Assembly (NCBI GenBank): GCA_003170155.1
Contig: PMZQ01000109.1
Span: 2,155 to 66,154, forward strand
Source of the DNA: Actinomycetota bacterium
GTDB lineage: Bacteria > Actinomycetota > Thermoleophilia > Gaiellales > Gaiellaceae
Direction: 5' to 3'
DNA: 64,000 bases
A program made the translations under genes and the position numbers. The notes under the pieces were generated by a model. It was not told the DNA's origin. It worked only from the letters and a program-made list of their open reading frames with translations, and made no database searches. Below are positions 9,754 through 17,791 of the stretch, piece after piece (within the stretch, counting starts at the first letter, position 1; the number at the start of each line of letters is the position of its first letter).

Positions 9754-10404
9754 GATCCCGCCTCGATCCGCGATCGTGCAGTAGGTATCCCGCCGCTATT
9801 GCTCGTCAGCTGGTATTCGAACGTGAACTCGCTCTGTTTGCCGAAACTGCAATCGCATCGACTTCGGCGAGCCGTCGACAGGTTCATAGTTCGACGCTTG
9901 GTCATTCCTGAGCTCTCTTCCGCATACCGCAAGTCCCACTCGGCGATCTTCTCCGAGTAGCAAACTTGGCGTGGGGGGGCGTATGTGCTCGTTTTGCCGC
10001 TTACGCGTTTCTGGGTTGGCCGCTACGCGCTGACACAGCTTCGGCCATGACTATAGTTACAGCCATAACGCAAATGGGGGATCTTAAGTGACCCTACGGT
10101 GTATCGAAGCACGCGATCGCAGCGAGCGTTTCGGAGCTCGAGATGGCCCGAGAAAATTCGAGTACGAAGCACAGGTGATGCGACTTCGAAAAGCCTAGAG
10201 TGACGCAATCTCACTGCGATGATCTCCACAATCGATCGCCTCACAGAAGCCTCGGCGGTTGACGTAACGCGAGCGAGATAATCTGCAGCAAAACAACACC
10301 ATGAAATCCTGCTGTGAGATCGATCAGACATTGTGCGCGATAGGGCGAAACGGATAGTTATTTCGGCCTTCGTTCGATATCGCGCCGCGAGGGCCACGTC
10401 ACTC

Positions 10405-10481
10405 GGGATGTACCGGCTCAAAACCGATCCACGTGCCCGGAGCTTCTTCGGCAGTCTGGTTCGAGTCCGACACAACCCGAT
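10405..10481 (+). pseudogene. possible decayed tRNA relic (acceptor and T arm only)
   Basis: GGGATGT (10405-10411) pairs 6/7 with ACAACCC (10472-10478) at tRNA spacing. A T-loop GGTTCGAGTCC is present. The D and anticodon arms do not fold, and U8 and G18G19 are absent. Confidence 0.25.
10458..10481 (+). repeat. 24-nt direct repeat copy 1 (tRNA 3'-end-like): GGTTCGAGTCCGACACAACCCGAT
   Basis: 20/24 identical to copy 2 at 12289-12312, same orientation, 1831 nt apart. Confidence 0.6.
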
Positions 10482-10714
10482 TAACTCCAGGGAGAGAGCC
10501 AGGCCCTGCTCAATTCATCCCTATTGAGACTACGCGCTGGCAGAATCCGGGTCACCTCCTTGAACCCTGGAGTTGGCGAACGAGAATTAGCTCGTCTGGC
10601 TGAGGCTCTTCGGGTGCTCACGCCGTTGCGACAACTGGGTCCCCCCTCGGCGTCCTCGAAACCTCAGGAGGCGCGAAAATCGCGCGAGCTCGTGTCCTCG
10701 CTGATGGTGAGCCG

Positions 10715-10742
10715 GCGAGAGCGCCGTTACCGGCGCTCTCGC
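10715..10742 (-). terminator. perfect 12-bp GC hairpin downstream of the vWA gene
   Basis: GCGAGAGCGCCG-TTAC-CGGCGCTCTCGC, 29 nt past the stop at 10771. No U-tract follows. Confidence 0.5.
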
Positions 10743-10770
10743 TCAGATCGAAGTTGAAGGGTCGCTCGCC

Positions 10771-11868
10771 CTAGCTGCCGACCCTTCGGTACACGACGCA
10801 GACTTTCCCCAACTTGTTGTCGCAGGAGACCGTCATCCGCGTGGAAGTGACGAGGATCTTCACCGTCGCCTCGGTCGCCTTCCAGCGCTTCGTGCAGTTC
10901 TTCCCAGCCTTCCCTGGACCGCCTCGCCCGCGATACCAGTACCGATACGCAACCCTGTAGAGATTGCTGCTTTCCGGGAAATAGCGATCTACGGAATCTC
11001 CCGAGCGCACCAAGCACCCGTTCGCCAGCTTATGAGGCGTCAGGCTTCGCGCTTCGAATCCTTTCGGAATCTTGACCCAACGGTAGCGGCGGGTGCCCCA
11101 TCGCCAGAGACCAACCGGCGAGGGCGAAGCGTTCGTAACGACCTTGACGATCATGGCCTCGACGACGTCGATCAGCTTGTCGCCGCCGTTCTTCGCCGCA
11201 CCTCCAGCGTAACCGGCTGCCACGAGCGACTGGTAGCAAGCGAGAGTCGCCGAGGCGGATGCTGAAGCCTGCCTGACCATCAGGAGGGTGACGCCGGCTG
11301 CCTTCAGATTTGCCAGAGCCGTGCGTGTGTTGAGGCCGTGCGAATCGGCCGAGGTGTCGGTGCAGCCCGCGAAACCGGCTGTACCGGCGCCGTGCGGCTC
11401 GGCGTCGCTGATGACGACGAGGATCCGCTTAGAACCTGCTCTCCAGCCGATCGGATTGGCGGGATCCAGTGCGTTTTGAAAGACGAGGTTGAGCGCCTCC
11501 GGGTAGTCGCCACCGCCATCAGCCGAAAGCCCGTCGATCGAAGTGTCGACGGCCGTGGCATCGCCGCTCATCGCCTGCATGATCTGGTACTCGGGTGTGT
11601 CAGAGGAGTCCTTGAACTGAACGGTCGCGAACTCAGCGGTCGCGTACCGAGCGCGGATGTCCGACACCAGGCCCTTTGCGTCTGTCTGAGCCTGTGTGAT
11701 TGCCGACGCCATGCTTCCAGTGGTGTCGATGGCGAGCTCAACGTCGAGGGTCACTGTCTTTTTTGCTGCCGCGTTTGGCGAGCCCGTGCTCGCCACGCCT
11801 ACCAGCACGACCGCTACGAAAAGGGAAAAAACCAACAAGCCACTCCTGGCTCGCCGTTTACCAATCAT
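10771..11868 (-). CDS. secreted von Willebrand factor A (vWA) domain protein with uncharacterised Trp/Arg/Tyr/Cys-containing C-terminal domain
   Basis: ORF 10771..11943. ATG 11868 is preceded by GGAGG. Signal-peptide-like MIGKRRARSGLLVFSLFVAVVLVGVASTG. MIDAS-like DTTGSM, then ...ILVVISDAEPHG. Confidence 0.8.
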   Translation of the reverse strand: MIGKRRARSGLLVFSLFVAVVLVGVASTGSPNAAAKKTVTLDVELAIDTTGSMASAITQAQTDAKGLVSDIRARYATAEFATVQFKDSSDTPEYQIMQAMSGDATAVDTSIDGLSADGGGDYPEALNLVFQNALDPANPIGWRAGSKRILVVISDAEPHGAGTAGFAGCTDTSADSHGLNTRTALANLKAAGVTLLMVRQASASASATLACYQSLVAAGYAGGAAKNGGDKLIDVVEAMIVKVVTNASPSPVGLWRWGTRRYRWVKIPKGFEARSLTPHKLANGCLVRSGDSVDRYFPESSNLYRVAYRYWYRGRGGPGKAGKNCTKRWKATEATVKILVTSTRMTVSCDNKLGKVCVVYRRVGS

Positions 11869-12090
11869 TGCCGCGCCTCCTTGGTGGTGTTTGGGGACCG
11901 TCTTCTGTTTGAGTCTCCGAGGACCTCTCACGTCTACGCTCATGCTGGCATCTGTGTGATCTCCGAAGATTCGCAGAGCCGGGTCCGGGTCGGGAGCTTA
12001 CGTCCTTACGACGTGTGCGACTGAGTTTAGTCGGATCGAGCCTAATTTGGAACGCATTTTTCGGAGTAGATGAGATCACGATATAGGGTG

Positions 12091-12132
12091 GCCTGGGCCC
12101 TGTCGCACTCGACGCTCCAGGCTGCTTTTTTT
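12091..12132 (+). terminator. terminator-like hairpin followed by a T7 tract, no upstream annotated gene
   Basis: GCCTGG...(inner GTCG-CACT-CGAC)...CCAGGC, then TGCTTTTTTT. Confidence 0.35.
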
Positions 12133-12237
12133 ACTAGTTGCTGCCCGTCATCTCAGGGCTTTGTGACCTTTGCCGGGGTCATAGAGTTGAGCCCGCTACG
12201 AACAGTTCGTGCGCCGTTTCGATGAGGATCGCGACCC

Positions 12238-12276
12238 GACTCTGCGAACGCGAGATAAGCGCGAGTCTCCTTTTTT
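12238..12276 (+). terminator. second terminator-like hairpin followed by a T6 tract
   Basis: GACTC(T)GCG...CGCGAGTC stem with one bulge, followed by TCC-TTTTTT. Confidence 0.3.
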
Positions 12277-12288
12277 CCCCAAGGTAAA

Positions 12289-12312
12289 GGTTCGAATCCT
12301 TCACGACCCGAT
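12289..12312 (+). repeat. 24-nt direct repeat copy 2: GGTTCGAATCCTTCACGACCCGAT
   Basis: T-loop-plus-acceptor-like sequence. No matching 5' acceptor strand upstream, so it is a fragment only. Confidence 0.6.
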
Positions 12313-12473
12313 ATCTGCCGAAAGTCCTCTTTCCTGCGGAGAACATGGCGACTTTCGGCGGCGGTCTCATCGGGGCGAGCCGCCGCACCTTTGGCGCTGT
12401 CTTTCCTGCTTTTAGTCGCGCTGCGGTTCAGCGGTGAGTGTGGACGGAGTAGTCACGGTGGGAACGGCGTCGG

Positions 12474-12722
12474 ATGAGCCGTGCTCGCCGCGTCGGTCGC
12501 GGCGATGGACGCCGCGTTTCCGGCCACCATCACATCGAGAGCCGCATCGTCGCCATCTGCGACGCCTTCATCGCGATGACCTCACCGAGGCCGTTTAGAG
12601 CGACGAAGACCGAGGAAGAACCTCTACGCGAAATCGCGCGCCGAGCGGGAACGCAGTTCGACTCAGCTCTAGCTCGTGAGTTTCAGATGATGATGAACAC
12701 CTCCGAGAAACGAGTCGCATGA
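12474..12722 (+). pseudogene. HD-GYP domain C-terminal remnant
   Basis: 82-aa ORF. ESRIVAICDAFIAMTSPRPFRATKTEEEPLREIARRAGTQFDSALAREF resembles the end of HD-GYP domains. The HHExxDGxGYP segment is degenerate (RGDGRRVSGHHH). No HD motif or receiver/sensor part lies upstream. Confidence 0.6.
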
Positions 12723-12955
12723 ACAGGCTGCCCGCCGCGCTTGGTGTCGCCGAAGCGCCCACCCGCAACATGCCGAAACCCGCACTGACGACACCGTCGG
12801 TACATGACACCTGGTGGAGCGAGGAGTCCGGTTCTCGCCCGAGCCGTCCAGTGCGAAGCGTCATTCACGACAAGTGGTGGATCGAGGAGCCGGGACAGAG
12901 CTCTACGCCCAACGCTGCGAGCGCTACCGGCGCTCTACTTTTTCCGTACTGCTGA
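12719..12955 (+). CDS. hypothetical small protein with duplicated HDxWWxEE motif
   Basis: 78-aa ORF whose start forms an ATGA overlap with the previous ORF stop. Third-position G/C looks compatible with coding. Contains a 63-nt imperfect tandem duplication. Confidence 0.3.
   Translation: MNRLPAALGVAEAPTRNMPKPALTTPSVHDTWWSEESGSRPSRPVRSVIHDKWWIEEPGQSSTPNAASATGALLFPYC
12803..12894 (+). repeat. 63-nt-period imperfect tandem duplication (two 29-nt cores, 23/29 identical)
   Basis: CATGACACCTGGTGGAGCGAGGAGTCCGG (12803-12831) versus CACGACAAGTGGTGGATCGAGGAGCCGGG (12866-12894). Confidence 0.7.
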
Positions 12956-12992
12956 GCTTCTCACCTATGTCGTAGCGCCGGGGACGCGCAGC

Positions 12993-13676
12993 CTACTTCG
13001 TCGGCCGCGGTGTCGGGTGCGAGGCGTCGGTGAACTCCTCAAACTGCCCGCCGACGAGGTAGGAGGTCTGCTCGCCGATATCGACGGCGTGATCGCCGAT
13101 CCGCTCCAGGCAGCGCGAGACGAGCATCATCCGCATCGCCCACTCGCGCTGCGGCTCGTCCGTGCCGAAGGCGACGAAGCGATCGACCAGCTTGCGGTTG
13201 GCTCGGTCGATCGGCCTGTCCATGTCGACAAGCGCCTGTGGATGGCGAACGTCGCGAGCGTGGAAGTCTTCGAGTCCGGTGGCGAGCATCTCGCGGCAGC
13301 GCTCGCCCATCTCCTCCAGTGCTTCGAGCGAGGCTGTGTCCCGCGGCAGGTCGTGCGAGAGCTTTGTCAGCTTCGCGACGGTGACGCAGTAATCGGCGAT
13401 CCGCTCGAGGTGGAGATTGATGTAGAGGATCGCCAGCACCAGACGTAGGTCGCCGGCAACCGGTGTCTGGCGCGCCAGCAACGAGGGAATCCCCTGCTCG
13501 ATCGTGAGGTAACGGTGGTCGATCTCGTCGTCGAAGGAAATCAGCTCGTCTGCCAGCTCCAGGTCGTCGCGGGCGAGCGCGTTGAGCGCGCCACGAATCG
13601 CCCGGTCAACCAACTGACCCTCGTCGAGCAGCAGGCTTTCTAGCTCCTCCAGCTCAGTTCCGTATAGCTCTCTCAT
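12993..13676 (-). CDS. phoU: phosphate signalling complex protein PhoU
   Basis: 227-aa ORF with the two PhoU repeats (...LERIADY..., ...[13 protein letters not shown]...). Lies downstream of pstB with an ATGA overlap. Confidence 0.93.
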   Translation of the reverse strand: MRELYGTELEELESLLLDEGQLVDRAIRGALNALARDDLELADELISFDDEIDHRYLTIEQGIPSLLARQTPVAGDLRLVLAILYINLHLERIADYCVTVAKLTKLSHDLPRDTASLEALEEMGERCREMLATGLEDFHARDVRHPQALVDMDRPIDRANRKLVDRFVAFGTDEPQREWAMRMMLVSRCLERIGDHAVDIGEQTSYLVGGQFEEFTDASHPTPRPTK

Positions 13677-14512
13677 CCGAACCGCCCCGTCACGTAGCCC
13701 TCCGTACGCTTGTCGGAAGGATTGGTAAAGATCTTCTCGGTCTCGTCGTACTCGACCAGGACGCCGCGCCGGCTTTCGTCGGGCGCGACCTCGAGCCCGA
13801 AGAAGGCGGTCATGTCGGCGACACGAGCCGCCTGCTGCATGTTGTGGGTGACGATCACAAGCGTGTAGTCGCGCTTCAGCTCGTGCATGAGATCTTCGAT
13901 CGCCGAGGTCGAGATCGGATCGAGCGCCGAGGCCGGCTCGTCGAACAGGATGACCTCGGGCTCGACGGCGATCGCTCGGGCGATGCAGAGTCGTTGCTGC
14001 TGTCCTCCCGAGAGCCCGAGTGCAGTGTCACCAAGCCGGTCTTTGACCTCGTCCCAGAGCGCCGCCGAGCGCAGGGCGCGTTCGACGCGTTCATCGAGGC
14101 CGTTCCTCATGCCGAGGATGCGCAGGCCGTAGGCGACGTTGTCGTAGATCGACTTCGGGAAGGGATTCGGCTTCTGGAAAACCATGCCGATCCGCCTTCG
14201 GACCTCGACCGCGTCGACTCCGGGTCCGTACAGATCGATGCCCCGGTAACGCACCTGTCCGCTCAGGCGGGCTCCCGGGACGAGATCGGTCATACGGTTG
14301 AGCGTGCGGATGAAGGTGCTCTTGCCGCAGCCCGATGGTCCGATGATCGCCGTGATCAGATGCCGGTAGATGTCGACGTTGACGTTGTCGATCGCAAGCT
14401 GGCCACCGTAGAACACGCACAGCTCCCGCGCCTCGAACACTGCTTCGCGCGTTTCCGCTGCCGGCGAGCGGTCGCGGCCGGAAACGTCGATCTTGGTCCT
14501 GATCGCCTCCAC
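13673..14512 (-). CDS. pstB: phosphate ABC transporter ATP-binding protein PstB
   Basis: Walker [10 protein letters not shown], signature LSGGQQQR, Walker B ILFDEP. GTG 14512 is preceded by GGGAGGA and lies 4 nt after the pstA stop. The longest ORF start is 14554. Confidence 0.93.
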   Translation of the reverse strand: MEAIRTKIDVSGRDRSPAAETREAVFEARELCVFYGGQLAIDNVNVDIYRHLITAIIGPSGCGKSTFIRTLNRMTDLVPGARLSGQVRYRGIDLYGPGVDAVEVRRRIGMVFQKPNPFPKSIYDNVAYGLRILGMRNGLDERVERALRSAALWDEVKDRLGDTALGLSGGQQQRLCIARAIAVEPEVILFDEPASALDPISTSAIEDLMHELKRDYTLVIVTHNMQQAARVADMTAFFGLEVAPDESRRGVLVEYDETEKIFTNPSDKRTEGYVTGRFG

Positions 14513-14516
14513 GCGC

Positions 14517-15395
14517 CTATCCTCCCAGCTTTTTCCTGTAGTGGGCGAGGGCAAGCTTCGCGCTCAGGCTGGTCAGGAGCACGAAGCACATCAGCGTGAA
14601 GGCGGCCGCCCAGGCCTTGGCCTGATAGGCCGGATCGGCTTGATCGGAGTACTCGAAGATCACAAGCGTCATCGACTGCAGCTGATGGAGCGGGTTGACG
14701 TCGGCCTGGCTGGTCAACCCGAGTGAGGTCAGAAAGAGTAGCGGCGCGGTCTCCCCGGCGGCGCGCGCTATCGCGAGCGTCGTCCCGGTGAAAATGCCCC
14801 CTATCGCCGAGGGAACGACGACACCGAAGGTCGTCCGCCAGCGGCTCACGCCCAGCGCCAGGCTGGCCTCACGCTGAGCGGACGGGACGAGCAGGAGCAC
14901 CTCCTCGGTCGACCGGGCAACAAGCGGCACCATGATGATCGCGAGAGCGAGCGAGCCGGCGAGGGCACTCTGACGGTGAGCGAGTAACGTGAAAACGAAA
15001 ATCCCGATCACGATCGTGGGAATGCCGTTGGTGATATCAAGCGCGACTCGCGCGATGCGCGCCAGCTTTGGAGGTGCCAGCTCGCTGATGTAGATCGCCG
15101 TCAGCACTCCCAGCGGAAGCGCGATCAGAGTCGCGAAGCCGACCAAGACGCCGGTTCCGACGATCGCGAAGAGAATGCCGCCGCCCTTGGGATTGAACCC
15201 CTGCGCCTGGTTTTTGGTGAAGAAGTCGAGGTTGAGCGCACTGGCTCCGCGACTGGCGACGGAGACCACCACGATCACGAGTACGGCCACGGCGAGCAGA
15301 GCCGCCCCAAGGGCGAGCGCGCCCATCATCCGGTTCACTAGCTGGCGACGGCGTAGGCGGCCGCTCGCACTCAGAGAGAAAGCAGGCTCGCTCAT
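14517..15395 (-). CDS. pstA: phosphate ABC transporter permease PstA
   Basis: 292-aa polytopic ORF between pstC and pstB. Confidence 0.9.
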   Translation of the reverse strand: MSEPAFSLSASGRLRRRQLVNRMMGALALGAALLAVAVLVIVVVSVASRGASALNLDFFTKNQAQGFNPKGGGILFAIVGTGVLVGFATLIALPLGVLTAIYISELAPPKLARIARVALDITNGIPTIVIGIFVFTLLAHRQSALAGSLALAIIMVPLVARSTEEVLLLVPSAQREASLALGVSRWRTTFGVVVPSAIGGIFTGTTLAIARAAGETAPLLFLTSLGLTSQADVNPLHQLQSMTLVIFEYSDQADPAYQAKAWAAAFTLMCFVLLTSLSAKLALAHYRKKLGG

Positions 15396-16411
15396 CAGTC
15401 GGCACTCAGTCCTTGAGTCTCGAATGCCCGGTCGACCGCGATCCTGCGCCGGCGCGGGCGCGTGTCGATCGGCTTGATCAGTAGCTGAGCGCCGATGTTC
15501 ACGACAAGCGAGATCACGAGCAGAATCGCCGCCAGATAGACGAGCGACGAGGTCTGCAGGTTCGTCGATGCGCCGTTGTATTGCCCGGCAATACGGGCGG
15601 CGAGCGTATCGCTGTGACCGAACAGCGAGAGATGTATCCCGGTCGTGCCTCCGATCACCATCAAGACCGCCATCGCCTCGCCCACGGCACGACCGAAGCC
15701 GAGCGCCACGGCCGCGAAGATTCCCGGGCGCGCAGCCGGGAGCAGGACGCCGCGCACCATCTCCCAGCGCGTAGCGCCAAGCGCGAGCGCCCCTTCGCGC
15801 AGCTCGAGCGGCGCGGTAGTGAAGAGCTCACGGGTGACGCTGGCGACGATCGGCACGACCATGATCGTCAAGACGAGCACGGCGGTCAGGATTCCGGTGG
15901 GGGAGTGCTGCCCGCGGAAGAAAGGAAGGAATCCGAGCGTCGAGCCCAGGACCGGCTCCAACTGGTTCTGTACGAACGGGCCGAGAACGAGGATTCCCCA
16001 CAGACCGAGAATGACGCTCGGGATCGCAGCCAGCATTTCCACCAGCGCTCCCAAGAGTGCGCGCACCGGCTTTGGTGCCAATTCAGTCAGGAAGAGGGCG
16101 ATCGCGATCGCGAGCGGTGTTGCGATCAGGATCGCGAGCACAGCCGTGACGGCTGTTCCGAAGATCAGCGAGAGAGCGCCGAACTGGTTGTGAATGGTAT
16201 CCCAGGTCTGCGAAACAAGAAAGTGCAGGCCGAACTTACGAAAGGCGAGATCGGAGCCAGTGGCCAGCTCGTAGGCGATCAGAACGAGGACGAGCACTGC
16301 GAGCGCCGCCGCGCCGAAAGTGATCGCCTTCAACGCCGGGTCACCCAGTCGATCGAGCCGGCCACGAGTGCGCTGGAGCGCGGGCTTCTCCGGTGCGTGT
16401 GAAACAGCCAC
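15395..16411 (-). CDS. pstC: phosphate ABC transporter permease PstC
   Basis: 338-aa polytopic ORF with a GTG start, first gene of the pstCAB-phoU string. Confidence 0.9.
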   Translation of the reverse strand: MAVSHAPEKPALQRTRGRLDRLGDPALKAITFGAAALAVLVLVLIAYELATGSDLAFRKFGLHFLVSQTWDTIHNQFGALSLIFGTAVTAVLAILIATPLAIAIALFLTELAPKPVRALLGALVEMLAAIPSVILGLWGILVLGPFVQNQLEPVLGSTLGFLPFFRGQHSPTGILTAVLVLTIMVVPIVASVTRELFTTAPLELREGALALGATRWEMVRGVLLPAARPGIFAAVALGFGRAVGEAMAVLMVIGGTTGIHLSLFGHSDTLAARIAGQYNGASTNLQTSSLVYLAAILLVISLVVNIGAQLLIKPIDTRPRRRRIAVDRAFETQGLSAD

Positions 16412-16455
16412 GACGCAACTCAGCCTAGACAGGCGAGCGCGGGCGCGGGACGGTC

Positions 16456-16483
16456 TTCACCATCTTGTAACCACATCGCCACC
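16456..16483. promoter_or_regulatory. PHO-box-like array: three hexamers at exact 11-bp spacing (TTCACC, GTAACC, GCCACC) in the pstC/pstS divergent spacer
   Basis: TTCACC 16456-61, GTAACC 16467-72, GCCACC 16478-83. The same TTCACC-5nt-GTAACC arrangement recurs upstream of the response regulator at 19351. Confidence 0.6.
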
Positions 16484-16560
16484 ACCCCCTTGCCCACGAG
16501 CGGGAATACCGATGGCACGCTTTCTTCAACGTGAAAACAAACACCAAGGAGATAAAAGAG

Positions 16561-17721
16561 ATGACCCGACGTGGGTTCCTCGTAAGTTTCTTCGCGCTCG
16601 CGCTCGCTCTCATGACGAGCGTCAGCTACGCAAGCGGCGCCAGCACGAAACGCGCCGCAGCAACCCTGAACGGCGGCGGGAGCTCGTTCGTGTTTCCGCT
16701 CGTCTCGGCCTGGGAGCCGGCTTTCAAGAGTGCTTCAGGCATGACCGTCAACTACAACTCGATCGGCAGCGGCGCCGGAATCGCGGCGGTCTCGAATCGC
16801 TCCGTCGACTTCGGTGCCAGCGATGCCCCGCTCACGCCCGACCAGCAGACGGCCTGCAACGGCTGCCTCACGATCCCGTGGGCATTCTCGGCGACCGCGG
16901 TCGCTTACAACGGAAGCGGTCTTCCGCCGCACCTGAACATCACCGGCCCGGTCCTCGCCGATATCTACCTCGGCAAGATCAAGAACTGGTCGGATCCTGC
17001 AATCAAAAACCTGAACCCCGGAGTCACTCTTCCGGACAAGACCATCACACCGATCTTCCGCAGCGATGCGAGCGGTACCAGCTACAACTTCTCTGAGTAC
17101 CTCTCGGCTGTCGATTCCGAGTGGAAGTCGAAGATCGGCGTCGGAACACAGCCTGCCTTCCCGGCCGGTGTCGGCGGGGCGAAGAGCTCCGGCGTCTCGG
17201 CTCTTCTGACGAAAACGAACGGCGGCATCTGCTACGTGGACGTCGCCTACGCTCTCAAGAGCGGCTTTGGGATCTTCGCGATCGAGAACCGTACGGGTAA
17301 GTTCGAGTTGCCCGGTTTGAGGCAGATCACAGCCACGGCCGGCCTGATCACGACCGCCAAGGCCGACAGCAACGGCCTCGTGCTCAGCGTCGTCGATCCA
17401 CCCAAGCCCTCGCTGCCTAAGTTCAAGCCGATCACGACGAAGAGCCAAAGCCAGCGAGCGAAGATCCTCAAGTACCGAGCGAACGTGCTCGCCAAGGCAC
17501 GCACGAAGAACAAGAAACTCGCGATCGCCTACCCGATCTGCACCTTCACCTACGTGATCGTGCCCAAGCAGGCGAGTCAGGCCGATGCCCTCAAGACCTT
17601 CTTCACGTGGGCATTGACCAAGGGCCAGGGAAGCACCTACGGCCCCCCGCTTCGCTTCGTCGCGATTCCCAAGGCGGTTCGGAAGACCTCGCTGGGGCTG
17701 CTCAGCCAGATCCACAGCTAG
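16561..17721 (+). CDS. pstS: phosphate ABC transporter substrate-binding protein PstS
   Basis: ORF 16531..17721. ATG 16561 is preceded by AAGGAG. Signal-like MTRRGFLVSFFALALALMTS. PstS-family motifs GGGSSFVFPL and SIGSGAGI. Confidence 0.92.
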   Translation: MTRRGFLVSFFALALALMTSVSYASGASTKRAAATLNGGGSSFVFPLVSAWEPAFKSASGMTVNYNSIGSGAGIAAVSNRSVDFGASDAPLTPDQQTACNGCLTIPWAFSATAVAYNGSGLPPHLNITGPVLADIYLGKIKNWSDPAIKNLNPGVTLPDKTITPIFRSDASGTSYNFSEYLSAVDSEWKSKIGVGTQPAFPAGVGGAKSSGVSALLTKTNGGICYVDVAYALKSGFGIFAIENRTGKFELPGLRQITATAGLITTAKADSNGLVLSVVDPPKPSLPKFKPITTKSQSQRAKILKYRANVLAKARTKNKKLAIAYPICTFTYVIVPKQASQADALKTFFTWALTKGQGSTYGPPLRFVAIPKAVRKTSLGLLSQIHS

Positions 17722-17738
17722 GGCCGCTTCTTTCCGAG

Positions 17739-17776
17739 AAACGGGCGCCTGGGCCAATCGCCCGGCGCCCGTTTTC
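17739..17776. terminator. bidirectional intrinsic terminator between convergent pstS and the sensor kinase
   Basis: AAACGGGCGCC-14 nt-GGCGCCCGTTT is a perfect 11-bp stem, flanked by an A-run and a T-run. Confidence 0.7.
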
Positions 17777-17791
17777 GTATCTCGGTAACCG

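Noticed and set aside
9750-9932. 60-aa minus-strand ORF reading into the AOS start.
   Set aside because: It is in a different frame from the AOS gene, has no motif, and ends inside the AOS 5' end. Probably spurious.
10023-10475. 150-aa minus-strand ORF in the gene-free region.
   Set aside because: Roughly even third-position base use, unlike real genes here. Arg/Ser/Cys-rich, with no recognisable motif. It also overlaps the tRNA-like relic.
12176-12312. Possible intact tRNA or tmRNA ending at the GGTTCGAATCC T-loop.
   Set aside because: No complementary 5' acceptor strand at tRNA distance (3/7). No anticodon or D arm can be folded. No tmRNA-like GGGG 5' end or tag reading frame. Kept only as a repeat fragment.
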